DNA of 64,000 nucleotides from Phycisphaerae bacterium (lineage in GTDB: Bacteria > Planctomycetota > Phycisphaerae > SM23-33): contig JAGXKT010000003.1 in the NCBI GenBank assembly GCA_018335035.1, positions 14,623 to 78,622 on the forward strand, read 5' to 3'. A model generated the notes under the pieces. That model worked only from the letters and a program-made list of their open reading frames with translations, made no database searches and had not been told where the DNA came from. Below are positions 30,428 through 40,363 of the stretch, in pieces; position 1 is the stretch's first letter; every line of letters begins with the position of its first letter. The translations under genes were made by a program, and so were the position numbers.

Positions 30428-33400
30428 ATGCCCAAACGGGACAACATCCAGACGATCTGCATCATCGGCTCGGGCCCCATCGTCATCGGGCAGGGCTGCG
30501 AGTTCGACTACTCCGGCACGCAGGCGTGCAAGGCCCTGCGCGAGGAGGGCTACCGGATCGTCCTGGTCAACTCCAACCCGGCGACGATCATGACCGATCC
30601 GGAAATGGCGGACCGGACGTACATCGAGCCGATCACGCCCGACGCCGTCACCAAGGTCCTCGCTCGCGAGAGGCCGGACGCCCTGCTACCGACACTCGGC
30701 GGGCAAACGGGGCTCAACACCGCCGCGGCGGTGTACGATTCCGGCGCGCTGGACGAGCTGGGCGTGGAGCTGATCGGCGCCACGCGCGACGTGATCCACC
30801 GCGCCGAGGACCGCACGGAGTTCAAGAACGTCTGCCTGTCGGTGGGCCTGGACGTCCCGGCCAGCGGGATCGCCCACAGCATGGACGAGGCCCGCGCGAT
30901 CGTCGCCGACGTGGGCGTGCCGTGCTGCATCCGCCCGGCCTATACGCTGGGCGGCAGCGGCGGCGGGTTCGCGTTCAACATCGAGGAGTTCGAGCAGATC
31001 GCCCAGCGCGGCCTGGACGCCTCGCCGATCAGCGAGATTCTCGTCGAAGAGTCCGTCCTTGGCTGGAAGGAATACGAGCTGGAGCTGATGCGCGACCGGG
31101 CGGACAACGTCGTGATCGTCTGCTCAATCGAGAACATCGACGCGATGGGCGTCCATACGGGCGATTCGATCACCGTCGCCCCGGCCCAGACGCTGACGGA
31201 CAAGGAATATCAGCGGATGCGTGACGCCGCCGTGGCGGTCATCCGCGCCGTCGGCGTCGAGACCGGCGGCAGCAACATCCAGTTCGCGGTCGACCCGGCC
31301 GGCGGGCGCATGGTCGTCATCGAGATGAACCCGCGCGTCAGCCGCAGTTCGGCGCTGGCGTCCAAGGCGACGGGCTTTCCCATCGCCAAGATCGCCGCCA
31401 AGCTCGCCGTCGGCTACACGCTGGACGAGATCCCCAACGACATCACGCGCCAAACGCCCGCGTGCTTCGAGCCGACGATCGACTACGTTGTCACCAAAAT
31501 CCCCCGCTGGACGTTCGAGAAGTTCCCGGATGCCGACGAGACGCTCACCACGCAGATGAAGTCCGTCGGCGAGGCCATGTCCATCGGCCGGACGTTCAAG
31601 GAGTCCCTCCAGAAGGGCATCCGCTCGATGGAGGTCAAGCGCTACGGGCTAGGGCTGGACGCCAACGACAAGTGGCTGAAGGCACAAAGGGCGGAGGCGG
31701 GAGAACCGAGGACCGAAGACAAGACGAGCAAGGGCGAGCACGGAGAACTGAGGACTGAGGACAAGACGGCAGCCGACGGGCCCTCCGCCCTCAGCCCTCC
31801 GTCCTCACCTCGCGCCGTTGACTGGCCCGTCGAGGAAGGCAAGTTGCGGCGTAAGCTGTCGGTGCCGGCCCAGGGGCGGCTGTACTACGTCCGCTACGCG
31901 TTCAAGATGGGCTGGACGGTCGATCAGGTCCACGAGCTGACGTGGATCGACCCGTGGTTTCTGTCGCACATCAAGCAGTTGGCGGACTTCGAGAGCGCGC
32001 TGGTCGCGGCAGGGTCGCTGGACACGGCCGAGGAGGCACTGCTTCGCGAGGCCAAGCAGTGGGGCTACTCGGACATCCAACTGGCGCATGCCTGGCGGAC
32101 GACGCCCGACGCCGTCCGCGCCCGTCGTGCGCAGCTGGGCATCTGGCCGGTCTACAAGCTGGTCGACACCTGCGCGGCCGAGTTCGAGGCCTACACGCCC
32201 TACTACTACTCCACGTACGAGGCCCCCTTCCGCGTCATCGGAGATGCCGAGACCACGGCGACCTCCGACCTGCGGCCCGCGACCTGCGATGACGAAATCC
32301 GCGTTTGCGACAAAAAGAAGATCGTCATCCTCGGCGGCGGTCCGAACCGCATCGGACAGGGCATCGAGTTCGACTACTGCTGCGTACACGCCGTGATGGC
32401 CGCCAAGGAACTGGGCTACGAGGCCGTCATGGTCAATTCCAACCCCGAGACGGTCTCGACCGACTATGACACGTCGGACATGCTGTTCTTCGAGCCGCTG
32501 ACGCTGGAGGACGCTCTGAACCTCTGCGAGCGGCTCAACGGACAACCACTCAACGCAGAGAGCGCGAAGAGCGCAGAAAATCGCCATGAGGACGTCTCTG
32601 CGTCACGTGCGGGCGAGCACGCTGCAGGGCGGGGTTCTGCCATGTCATCTGCCTCTGCGGACTCCGCGTGCTCGGCGTTGAACGACGGTCTGCTCCACGG
32701 CGTGATCGTGCAACTCGGCGGGCAGACGCCGCTGAACCTCGCGCGCGGGCTTGACCAGGCCGGCGTGCCGATCATCGGCACCAGTCCCGAGTCGATCGAC
32801 CTGGCCGAGGACCGCGAGCGCTTCGGGCAGGTCCTGGCCGAGCTGGACCTCAAGTGCCCCGAAGGCGGCACGGCGTTTTCCGTCGAACAAGCCCGCGAGG
32901 TCGCCGCCCGGATCGGCTATCCCGTGCTGGTCCGCCCGAGCTACGTCCTCGGCGGGCGGGCGATGGAGATCGTCTCGGACGAGGCGCAGCTCGACGTCTA
33001 CATGGGTAAGGCCGTCGACGCGTCGACCGTCGGGCGGGAGCACCCGATCCTGATCGACAAGTTCCTCGCCGGCGCCACGGAAGTGGACGTGGACTGCCTC
33101 GCGGACTTCGGCGCCACCCGCGCCGAGCCCGACCACCCGAACGGGCCTCGAAACCCCCGCGCCGTGATTTGCGGTGTGATGGAGCATATCGAGCAGGCCG
33201 GCGTCCACAGCGGCGACTCGGCCTGTGCGCTGCCGCCGTTCTCGCTGACCGACGCCGTCATCGCCGAGATCGAGCGCCAGGCGCGTCTGCTGGCCGAGCG
33301 CCTCGAAGTCCGCGGGCTGATGAACGTCCAGTTCGCCGTCAAGGACGGCGAGGTGTACATCCTCGAGGTCAACCCGCGCGCCTCGCGGACCGTGCCGTTC

Positions 33401-34081
33401 GTTTCCAAGGCCACCGGCGTGCCCTGGGCGAAGCTGGCCGCGAAGGTGATGGCCGGTGAGACGCTGGAGGCCCTCGGCGTCACAGAGGCGCCGCGCCCCG
33501 CACAGACGTCCGTCAAGGAGAGCGTCTTCCCCTTCGGCAAGTTTCCGGGCGTGGACGTGATCCTGGGACCCGAGATGCGCTCGACCGGCGAGGTGATGGG
33601 CGTGGACATGACGTTCTCGCTGGCGTTCGCCAAGAGTCAGATGGCCGCCGGCGTCCACCTGCCGACCGAGGGGACGGTGTTTCTAAGCGTCTGCGACGCG
33701 GACAAGCCACAGGTCGCCCCGCTGGCCCAGCGTCTGGCGGCGATGGGCTTTTCGCTGGTCGCCACAAAAGGCACGCACGACGTGCTCGCCACGGCGGGCG
33801 TCCGCTGCGACCGCCTGGCCAAGCTCGTCGAGGGCCGACCCAACATCGCTGACATGATGGCCAACGGCGAGGTGGCACTGCTGATCAACACCCCCACGCG
33901 CCGCGGCCCGACGACCGACGAAGGCAGGATCCGCGCCCTGGCGACGCTGCGCCACGTGCCGCTGATCACCACCATGACGGCCGCACACGCCGCCGTCGAC
34001 GGCATCGCCGCCCTCCGCGCCGGAACTGCCGGCGACGGGTGGGGCGTCCGCGCCCTGCAGGAATACTTCCCCGAGGCCTGA
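30428..34081 (+). CDS. carB: carbamoyl-phosphate synthase large subunit with in-frame insertions
   Basis: [71 protein letters not shown] domain. 1217 aa versus about 1070 typical. Confidence 0.97.
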   Translation: MPKRDNIQTICIIGSGPIVIGQGCEFDYSGTQACKALREEGYRIVLVNSNPATIMTDPEMADRTYIEPITPDAVTKVLARERPDALLPTLGGQTGLNTAAAVYDSGALDELGVELIGATRDVIHRAEDRTEFKNVCLSVGLDVPASGIAHSMDEARAIVADVGVPCCIRPAYTLGGSGGGFAFNIEEFEQIAQRGLDASPISEILVEESVLGWKEYELELMRDRADNVVIVCSIENIDAMGVHTGDSITVAPAQTLTDKEYQRMRDAAVAVIRAVGVETGGSNIQFAVDPAGGRMVVIEMNPRVSRSSALASKATGFPIAKIAAKLAVGYTLDEIPNDITRQTPACFEPTIDYVVTKIPRWTFEKFPDADETLTTQMKSVGEAMSIGRTFKESLQKGIRSMEVKRYGLGLDANDKWLKAQRAEAGEPRTEDKTSKGEHGELRTEDKTAADGPSALSPPSSPRAVDWPVEEGKLRRKLSVPAQGRLYYVRYAFKMGWTVDQVHELTWIDPWFLSHIKQLADFESALVAAGSLDTAEEALLREAKQWGYSDIQLAHAWRTTPDAVRARRAQLGIWPVYKLVDTCAAEFEAYTPYYYSTYEAPFRVIGDAETTATSDLRPATCDDEIRVCDKKKIVILGGGPNRIGQGIEFDYCCVHAVMAAKELGYEAVMVNSNPETVSTDYDTSDMLFFEPLTLEDALNLCERLNGQPLNAESAKSAENRHEDVSASRAGEHAAGRGSAMSSASADSACSALNDGLLHGVIVQLGGQTPLNLARGLDQAGVPIIGTSPESIDLAEDRERFGQVLAELDLKCPEGGTAFSVEQAREVAARIGYPVLVRPSYVLGGRAMEIVSDEAQLDVYMGKAVDASTVGREHPILIDKFLAGATEVDVDCLADFGATRAEPDHPNGPRNPRAVICGVMEHIEQAGVHSGDSACALPPFSLTDAVIAEIERQARLLAERLEVRGLMNVQFAVKDGEVYILEVNPRASRTVPFVSKATGVPWAKLAAKVMAGETLEALGVTEAPRPAQTSVKESVFPFGKFPGVDVILGPEMRSTGEVMGVDMTFSLAFAKSQMAAGVHLPTEGTVFLSVCDADKPQVAPLAQRLAAMGFSLVATKGTHDVLATAGVRCDRLAKLVEGRPNIADMMANGEVALLINTPTRRGPTTDEGRIRALATLRHVPLITTMTAAHAAVDGIAALRAGTAGDGWGVRALQEYFPEA
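31700..31807. repeat. heptamer (GAGGACT) direct + inverted repeat inside carB
   Basis: 27-bp direct repeat at 31700/31742 (24/27 identical); inverted heptamer run CCCTCCGCCCTCAGCCCTCCGTCCTCA at 31781-31807. Confidence 0.75.
32258..32289 (+). repeat. heptamer (GCGACCT) tandem inside carB
   Basis: GCGACCT CCGACCT GCGGCCC GCGACCT GCGA. Confidence 0.6.
32550..32681. repeat. 132-bp palindromic (MITE-like) insertion inside carB
   Basis: 28-bp imperfect inverted arms (22/28) with a 9-bp internal period; length is exactly 44 codons. Confidence 0.8.
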
Positions 34082-34123
34082 GGTCGCAGCGCAGCCACAC
34101 GGCCCGCATGCCGACGTGCGTCG

Positions 34124-34250
34124 CACGGGCGTCGGAGACGCCCGTGGCACCCAGGAGGTAGCGGGGGCATGCCTGCCCACCATGTCGCCAAACAGCACCG
34201 CAGCGCCCCGCGGGCATACATGTCGAAGATCCGCATGGGCCCGCCCTACG
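34124..34250. repeat. REP-like palindromes between carB and leuC
   Basis: CACGGGCGTC-GGA-GACGCCCGTG-GCAC hairpin; GGTAGCGGGGCATGCCTGCCC; GGGCCCGCCCTAC. Confidence 0.5.
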
Positions 34251-34343
34251 CCGCGCATGCGACAACGCATGGTTGGCCGCTTCGCCCTGCAAGCGAACCT
34301 CACAGCCCATGGCACCCCCTGAGCGATCACCCGACCAGTTGAG

Positions 34344-34431
34344 CAATCGACGAGTCAACGAGTTCACGAATCAACGGGTCGACGGGGCCGCGAATCAACG
34401 AGTCAACGAGTTACCGAGTCAACGAATCGCG
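34344..34431 (+). repeat. degenerate octamer tandem array (GARTCAAC) x11
   Basis: caatcgac gagtcaac gagttcac gaatcaac gggtcgac ggggccgc gaatcaac gagtcaac gagttacc gagtcaac gaatcgcg. Confidence 0.8.
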
Positions 34432-35772
34432 AGGGTCGGTGATTCGTCCAGCGACCGCACTGGCCGCGGCGGTCAGGGGGCTGGCGAGGTAGATCTGCGC
34501 TTCCTTGTGGCCCATCCGGCCGGGGAAATTGCGGTTGGTCGTGGAAACCACCGTCAGCGGCTCGTTCGCGCGGCCGAAGGTGTCCGCCGGGCCGCCCAGG
34601 CACGCGGCGCAGCTCGCCGGGCCGATCGTGCACCCCGCGGCTGCGAAGATCGCCCGCAGCGATTGCCCGTCCACCTGCACGCGGTCCAGGTCGGCGTCGA
34701 CTTCCGTGGTCGCCGGGACGATGAACGTCTCGACGGCGACCTCGCGGCCTGCGAGCACGCGGGCCGCCGCGGCGAAGTCGGCCGTCTTGCCGCCCGTGCA
34801 CGAGCCGATGTACGCCCGGTCGATCCGCACGTCGGACAGCTCGCCGGCCGTGGCGCGATTGCCCGGCGAGTGCGGCCGGGCGACGGTCGGTGCCAGCGCG
34901 CCGGCGTCCAACGTGTACGTCGCGGCGTATTCGGCGTCGGCGTCAGATTCATAGACGACCGGCTCGGGCGCGTCGTCGGCCGCGCGGTCGCGTACGTAGG
35001 CCAGCGTGGTTTCGTCGGCGGCGATGATGCCGTTCTTGCCGCCGGCCTCGATCGCCATGTTGCAGATCGTGCAACGCTCGTCCATGTCCAGGGAGCGGAT
35101 CGCCTCGCCGTCGAACTCCATCGCCGCGTAGGTCGCACCGTCGACGCCGATTTCGCCGATGACGTGCAGGATGAGGTCCTTGGCCATCAGGTAGTCGGGC
35201 ATCGCGCCGTTGAACGTGAATCGCATCGACGGCGGCACGCGGAGCCACAGCTTCCCCGCGCCCAGCACGAAGCCGGCCTCGGTGTTGCCGATGCCCGTGG
35301 CGAACGCGCCGAACGCCCCGTGCGTGCAGGTGTGGCTGTCGGTGCCCAGCAGCAGCTCGCCGGGGCGCGTATGCCCGTTCTGCGGCAGCGCGACGTGACA
35401 GACGCCGCGGTAACTCGTGGCGGCCGGGTCCTCGTACGCCGGCGGAATGCCCTCGCAGCCGGCCGTGATGAAGTCCGGGTCGTAGTAGTGTTCAATGCCC
35501 TGCTCGCGGACGAAGTCGCGCAGGATCTCGACGTTGCGGTGGGCCCGCGGCTCGGCCGTGAAAATGTAGTGATCCGGCACGATCACCACGCACGTCGGGT
35601 CCCACACCCTGGCGTCGGCGCCGAACTGCTCGCGAAAAACGCCGATGCTGCCGGGCCCGCAGACGTCGTGGGTCATCAGCACGTCCACATCGCACCAGAC
35701 CGTCTGTCCGGGTCTGACGCTATCCCGCCCGGCGTGGGCGGCGAGGATCTTCTCGGTGATCGTCATGGGCAT
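34411..35772 (-). CDS. leuC: 3-isopropylmalate dehydratase (aconitase family) large subunit
   Basis: MTITEKILA, HDVCGPG, PDHY, GTDSHTCTHGA, IGSCTGG, CAACLGG, STTNRNFPGRMG. Confidence 0.88.
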   Translation of the reverse strand: MPMTITEKILAAHAGRDSVRPGQTVWCDVDVLMTHDVCGPGSIGVFREQFGADARVWDPTCVVIVPDHYIFTAEPRAHRNVEILRDFVREQGIEHYYDPDFITAGCEGIPPAYEDPAATSYRGVCHVALPQNGHTRPGELLLGTDSHTCTHGAFGAFATGIGNTEAGFVLGAGKLWLRVPPSMRFTFNGAMPDYLMAKDLILHVIGEIGVDGATYAAMEFDGEAIRSLDMDERCTICNMAIEAGGKNGIIAADETTLAYVRDRAADDAPEPVVYESDADAEYAATYTLDAGALAPTVARPHSPGNRATAGELSDVRIDRAYIGSCTGGKTADFAAAARVLAGREVAVETFIVPATTEVDADLDRVQVDGQSLRAIFAAAGCTIGPASCAACLGGPADTFGRANEPLTVVSTTNRNFPGRMGHKEAQIYLASPLTAAASAVAGRITDPRDSLTR

Positions 35773-36044
35773 AGCGTCCGTCTCCTGTCGCGCGCTGCAC
35801 ACGCTACCGGCGCCCGCGGCAAAAGGCAAGCCGGCGTCACACCGTCCGGGGGGTCGCCCGCGGAGCAGCGCCCACCGCCGGCGGGGCTGCCGCCCCGGCC
35901 TGGAATCGCGCGGCGTCTGCCGGAGCTGGCCCGCCCGGAATCGCACGAGCCCTGCTGGGGCCGGCCCGCGCCGCCGTGCCGCTTGACACCGTCGCGGCGG
36001 GCGGCTACCACGGGGCCTGCCCCGCATGCCCGGCAGGAGCGGCG

Positions 36045-37271
36045 ATGAAGATTTTGGTCATCAATTGTGGCAGCAGTTCCGTCAAGTACAAGTTGTTCGA
36101 CGTCGCCGACGGCGACGGCGCCGCGGTGCCGCACACCCCGGCCGCCGGCGTACTGGAGCGCGTCGGTGGCGACGCCGTGTTGCACCACACGGCCGGTGAG
36201 GCCACCGACGACCGCCGCGTGGACGCGCCGGACCACCGCGCGGCCATCGGCGCAGTTCTCGACGCGTTGGTCCACGGCGACGGCGCCGTGCTCGACCGTC
36301 TCGACACGATCGACGGCGTCGGGCATCGCGTGGTGCACGGCGGCGAGGACGTCACGGACGCAAGCGTCGCGGACGACGCCTTGCGGGAGATCATCCGGCG
36401 CAACGCCTCGCTGGCGCCGCTGCACAATCCGCCGAACCTCGACGGCATCGACGCGGCGCGTGAGGCGCTGCCGGAGGCCTGTCACGTGGCCGTGTTCGAC
36501 ACGGCCTTTCTGACCACGCTGCCGCCGAAGGCCTATCGCTACGCCGTGCCGGAACGCTGGTATCGCGAGCATCACGTGCGAAAATACGGCTTCCACGGCA
36601 CCAGCCACCGCTACGTCACGCTGCGGACGGCTGAGCTGCTCTCAAAGCCGGTCGCCGAGACGAACCTGATCACCTGCCACCTGGGCAACGGCTGCTCGAT
36701 GACGGCCGTGGCGGGCGGAAAGGCCGTGGATCACTCCATGGGCATGACGCCGCTGGACGGGCTGGTCATGGGCACGCGGAGCGGCACGCTTGACCCGGCG
36801 GTGGTGCTGTACATGCTGTCGCGCGGGCTCGACCGCGAGGCGGTGGGCCGCGCGCTGAATGCCGAGTCCGGGCTTCTGGCGCTGAGCGGACGCAGCAACG
36901 ACATGCGTGATCTTCTGGCCGCACGTGACGACGGCGACGAGCGGGCGGCGCTGGCGGTCGAGGCATTCATCTATCGCGTCGTCAAGTACGTCGGGGCATA
37001 CCACCTCGCGCTGCGGTCGGTCGACGCGGTCGTGCTGACCGGCGGCATCGGCGAGAACTCCATCCCCGCGCGGCGCGGCATCGTCGACGGGCTCGCGCCG
37101 CTGGGCGCCGTGCTGGACGCGGACCGCAACGCGTCGCTGGCGGGGTCGGCCGGCGCGATTACCACCGCCGCCTCGTCGCTGAGCGTCTGGGTTGTGCCGA
37201 CCGACGAGGAGTTCATGATCGCGCGCGACACCGCGCGCTTCGTCAGCGGCCGGCAGCGAGAGAACCGATGA
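36045..37271 (+). CDS. ackA: acetate kinase
   Basis: INCGSSSVKY, GHRVVHGG, APLHNP, VFDTAF, YGFHGTSH, HLGNG, TGGIGENS, PTDEE. Confidence 0.96.
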   Translation: MKILVINCGSSSVKYKLFDVADGDGAAVPHTPAAGVLERVGGDAVLHHTAGEATDDRRVDAPDHRAAIGAVLDALVHGDGAVLDRLDTIDGVGHRVVHGGEDVTDASVADDALREIIRRNASLAPLHNPPNLDGIDAAREALPEACHVAVFDTAFLTTLPPKAYRYAVPERWYREHHVRKYGFHGTSHRYVTLRTAELLSKPVAETNLITCHLGNGCSMTAVAGGKAVDHSMGMTPLDGLVMGTRSGTLDPAVVLYMLSRGLDREAVGRALNAESGLLALSGRSNDMRDLLAARDDGDERAALAVEAFIYRVVKYVGAYHLALRSVDAVVLTGGIGENSIPARRGIVDGLAPLGAVLDADRNASLAGSAGAITTAASSLSVWVVPTDEEFMIARDTARFVSGRQRENR

Positions 37272-38083
37272 GCGACGTCGTCTCCCGTAAACCGGACGAC
37301 CGGACGCAAGCCCTGGGCGAAGCCCAGAGCAGGTGCCGCTACTGCGGGGCGCCGCTGGTACCGGGGTTCTACTTCTGCCTGGCATGCGGCACGCCGTACA
37401 AACCCATCGCCAACGTCCTGCCGCCGTCCCGTCCGATCAAGCCGACCGCGGGCATGTTGATCGAGCGAAAAGCCCCGCACGTTTGGGCGCTGTTCTGGAC
37501 GTATTTCGGCGTGGTGCTGGCCAGTTCAATCATCGCGACCGTGCTTCTCGATGAGTACCCGCTGGCGCAACTTGTCTTCCTCGACGCGACCATGCTGGTC
37601 ACCACGTGCGTCTGGGGCGCCCTGCATTGGCGCGCGCTGGCGGTGCAACTCAAGCGCATCGGACTGTTTCGCTGGGAAATGCTCGCGGGGCTGGTGGGGC
37701 TGGCGGGGCTGCTGGCGATCAACTACGGCTACCACGGCTGGCTGCGGGAGCTGTTCGACGCCGAATCGATCGTCGACCGGTTTCGTGCGTCCGGTGTGTC
37801 GCGCGCTGTGCTGATCGCCTCATTCTGCGTCCTGCCGGCGGTTGTCGAGGAAATCAGCTTCCGCGGGCTGCTGCAGCACTGGCTTCACACGGCCGTGCGC
37901 CCGATTACCGCGCTTCTGCTCAGCTCGGCGTTGTTCGCCGCGTTGCACTTCTCCATCATCAGCGGGTGGTATCTGTTCGCCGTGGGCATGCTGTTGGGGG
38001 TGCTGCGGTGGCGGACGGGTAGCTTGTACCCCTGCATGCTTGTGCACTTCCTGCACAACCTGGTCGTGCTTGAAATGTTCTGA
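37268..38083 (+). CDS. CPBP (Rce1/Abi) intramembrane protease with N-terminal zinc ribbon
   Basis: CRYC..CLAC ribbon; EEISFRG, FAALH, H-LHN motifs; multiple TMs; ATGA overlap with ackA. Confidence 0.9.
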   Translation: MSDVVSRKPDDRTQALGEAQSRCRYCGAPLVPGFYFCLACGTPYKPIANVLPPSRPIKPTAGMLIERKAPHVWALFWTYFGVVLASSIIATVLLDEYPLAQLVFLDATMLVTTCVWGALHWRALAVQLKRIGLFRWEMLAGLVGLAGLLAINYGYHGWLRELFDAESIVDRFRASGVSRAVLIASFCVLPAVVEEISFRGLLQHWLHTAVRPITALLLSSALFAALHFSIISGWYLFAVGMLLGVLRWRTGSLYPCMLVHFLHNLVVLEMF

Positions 38084-38152
38084 CGATCTACTATTGTGAA
38101 GTCCTGCCCGCCGGCAATTGGGCGTCGGTCGGCGAAAAACGGGACCACCGGG

Positions 38153-38809
38153 ATGGGCATCGTCTTACTGGTACTCATGATCATCGGCGGCGTGACAGGC
38201 ACGGCCGCGGCGGTGATCGCGTTGTACAAGGGGCGTATGGCCGCGGCGTGGTTCTTCGGCGGGCTGGCAGCGGGGACGTTCCTGCACGTGATCGGGGCGA
38301 CGATCATCCTGGTGATCGTCTCGGTCCTTCCGAACAAGAAGCTCGAAGCGGCCCGCCAGCAGTACGTCGAGCGCGAACGAAGACGCCTGCGCGAGCAATT
38401 GCGCCAGGAGCGGCTGAAGAACGAGGCGTTCCGCCAGTACACCAGCGACCGCCTGGACACGCACGACGCCGCTCTGGGCCTGGACACGCGAACGCGCGAC
38501 GCCCTCCCGCCCGCCGCCCAGTCCGCCATGCGGCAACTGAATAGCGCAGGCGCCCCGGCAGACGTCCCCGGCGGCGGGGCGCTGCCGCCGGCGAACCCGT
38601 CGGCGGCGGTCTGGTTTTACGAGCGGCAGGGCGCGGCCAAGGGGCCCGTGTCCGCCAACGACATCCGCCAACTTCTGCACATCGGGACCATCGCGGACGT
38701 CACGCTCGTTTGGAGCCAGGACCTCGGCCAATGGACGCCGGCGCGGCAGGTTCCGGTATTCCGCGACGTAGCATCCCGTGCGTCGGCCGGCCGCACGCCG
38801 CCGGCTTGA
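38153..38809 (+). CDS. membrane protein with coiled coil and GYF_2 (DUF4339) domain, paralog A
   Basis: TM-KGR..WF-TM, ERERRRLREQLRQE, WFY..GP....I.....LVW......W. Confidence 0.8.
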   Translation: MGIVLLVLMIIGGVTGTAAAVIALYKGRMAAAWFFGGLAAGTFLHVIGATIILVIVSVLPNKKLEAARQQYVERERRRLREQLRQERLKNEAFRQYTSDRLDTHDAALGLDTRTRDALPPAAQSAMRQLNSAGAPADVPGGGALPPANPSAAVWFYERQGAAKGPVSANDIRQLLHIGTIADVTLVWSQDLGQWTPARQVPVFRDVASRASAGRTPPA

Positions 38810-38829
38810 GCCCAGATGGCGAGGAAGGC

Positions 38830-39426
38830 ATGCACGCGCTGTCATTGGTGATTCACATCGGACTCGGTATCGGCGCCGCTGCGATCGCGTCCCACAAAGG
38901 CCGCAGCGTGGTGGGCTGGTTCTTCGGCGGGTTCTTCCTGGGGGTGATTGGAATCATCATCGTCGCGGTGCTGCCCAACAAGACGCTCGAGCAGCAGCGC
39001 CTGCACCACGCCGAGCGGGAGCGGCGCCGTCTGCGCGAGCAACTGCGCCAGGAGCGCATCAAGAGCGAGGCATTCCGCCGGTACACCAGCGAGCGGCTGG
39101 ATTCGCATGACGACGTGCTGGGGATCGACACACGCACGCGCGACGCCCTGCCGGACGGCACGGTCGCGGAGCCGCATCAACTCGCCAGCGACGGACCGCC
39201 GCCGGTGTCGAATCGGAATCGCATCGGCCCGGCGCGGCTCGGGCCCAACCCCCACGCGCCCATCTGGTTCTACGAGCGGCATGGCCAGGCAACGGGCCCC
39301 GTCTCGGCACAGGACATCAGGCAGCTTCTCTGCGGCGGGAGCATCACCGACGCCACGCTCATCTGGAGCCAGGACCTCGGCGAATGGACGCCGGCCGCCG
39401 ACGTTGACGCCTTCAAGGAGACCTAA
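38830..39426 (+). CDS. membrane protein with coiled coil and GYF_2 (DUF4339) domain, paralog B
   Basis: Same architecture with clear identity to paralog A; GAGGAAGG SD. Confidence 0.8.
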   Translation: MHALSLVIHIGLGIGAAAIASHKGRSVVGWFFGGFFLGVIGIIIVAVLPNKTLEQQRLHHAERERRRLREQLRQERIKSEAFRRYTSERLDSHDDVLGIDTRTRDALPDGTVAEPHQLASDGPPPVSNRNRIGPARLGPNPHAPIWFYERHGQATGPVSAQDIRQLLCGGSITDATLIWSQDLGEWTPAADVDAFKET

Positions 39427-39431
39427 CGATC

Positions 39432-40334
39432 ATGGCACGACAGACCGAAGGCACGCTCGTCCTCGACGGACTGATTGAGGGCTCCTGCGAGGACCTGGGC
39501 GACAAGGAAGCCCGGCTCAGGCAGTGGACCGCCTCGGCGCAGATGCGCGGCGTGACATTTCACCTCGAAACGGACGGCAACACGTTCAGCGTGCTGGCCG
39601 ATGCAACGCCGATCGGCACGGACGGCTTCTCCGAAGCGCCCGACCGCGCCATTGCCGACTTGATCGACGAGCTGTTGGCGATCTTCGCCGCCGACCAGCG
39701 CGGCGGAATCTTCTCCACCTTGCGCAGCCGCGAGTTCCGAAGCGGCGAGGAGATCCAGACGCTTTACGCCATCGGCCCCGACGGCGCTACGCACACCCAG
39801 CAGCGCGTCGTCGACGCCGACACCGCCCCAGCCGAGAAGCCCCTGACGCGCACGCAGAAGCTGCGGCGCATTGCGCTGGCGGCGGGCATCGCGGCGGTCG
39901 TGCTGGCGGTCCTGGCGCTGTTTCTGCCCGTCGGCGACTGGCTGCGCAGCGCGCGCGACCGCTTGATGCCGTACGACGTCGCTGCGCTGACGGTCGAGGC
40001 CGAGACGTTCGAACCCTACTTCGCCGTCGTCGAGCGCAAGACGGCCCGCGGCGGGCGCGACCTGGTCCTCGTTGTGGAGCGCGGCGAGCGCTTCCCCCCC
40101 TCCGACGCCGCGGCCGCGGAACTGCTCGCCCGCGAGGACGCCTCGCCACCGGAGCGCCTTGCGGCCGAGGCCATCTGCCGCGGGTACGTGCGTTGCGAGC
40201 GCTTCGACAAGGACGGAACGTTTATGGGCCACACCATGGAGCGAATCGCGGGGCTTCGGGACGAGGAGACGATCGAGATTCACCTGCCGATTGATCCTGA
40301 ACATCAGCTCGCCCGCGTCCGCATCACGTACTGA
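39432..40334 (+). CDS. hypothetical bitopic membrane protein
   Basis: Central TM IALAAGIAAVVLAVLALFL; AAGGAG SD; 5-nt gap from the previous gene. Confidence 0.75.
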   Translation: MARQTEGTLVLDGLIEGSCEDLGDKEARLRQWTASAQMRGVTFHLETDGNTFSVLADATPIGTDGFSEAPDRAIADLIDELLAIFAADQRGGIFSTLRSREFRSGEEIQTLYAIGPDGATHTQQRVVDADTAPAEKPLTRTQKLRRIALAAGIAAVVLAVLALFLPVGDWLRSARDRLMPYDVAALTVEAETFEPYFAVVERKTARGGRDLVLVVERGERFPPSDAAAAELLAREDASPPERLAAEAICRGYVRCERFDKDGTFMGHTMERIAGLRDEETIEIHLPIDPEHQLARVRITY

Positions 40335-40363
40335 GCGCCCCCTGCGCCGCTCACCGCGGCATG

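Noticed and set aside
31700-32681. Inteins or self-splicing introns in carB
   Set aside because: The inserts are far too short and lack C/S...HN intein ends or group I/II cores.
34344-34431. Possible CRISPR array
   Set aside because: 8-bp period with no unique spacers and no cas genes.
35900-35950. Repeated GGAATCGC between leuC and ackA as a TF site
   Set aside because: Only two 8-bp copies in very GC-rich DNA; not distinguishable from chance.
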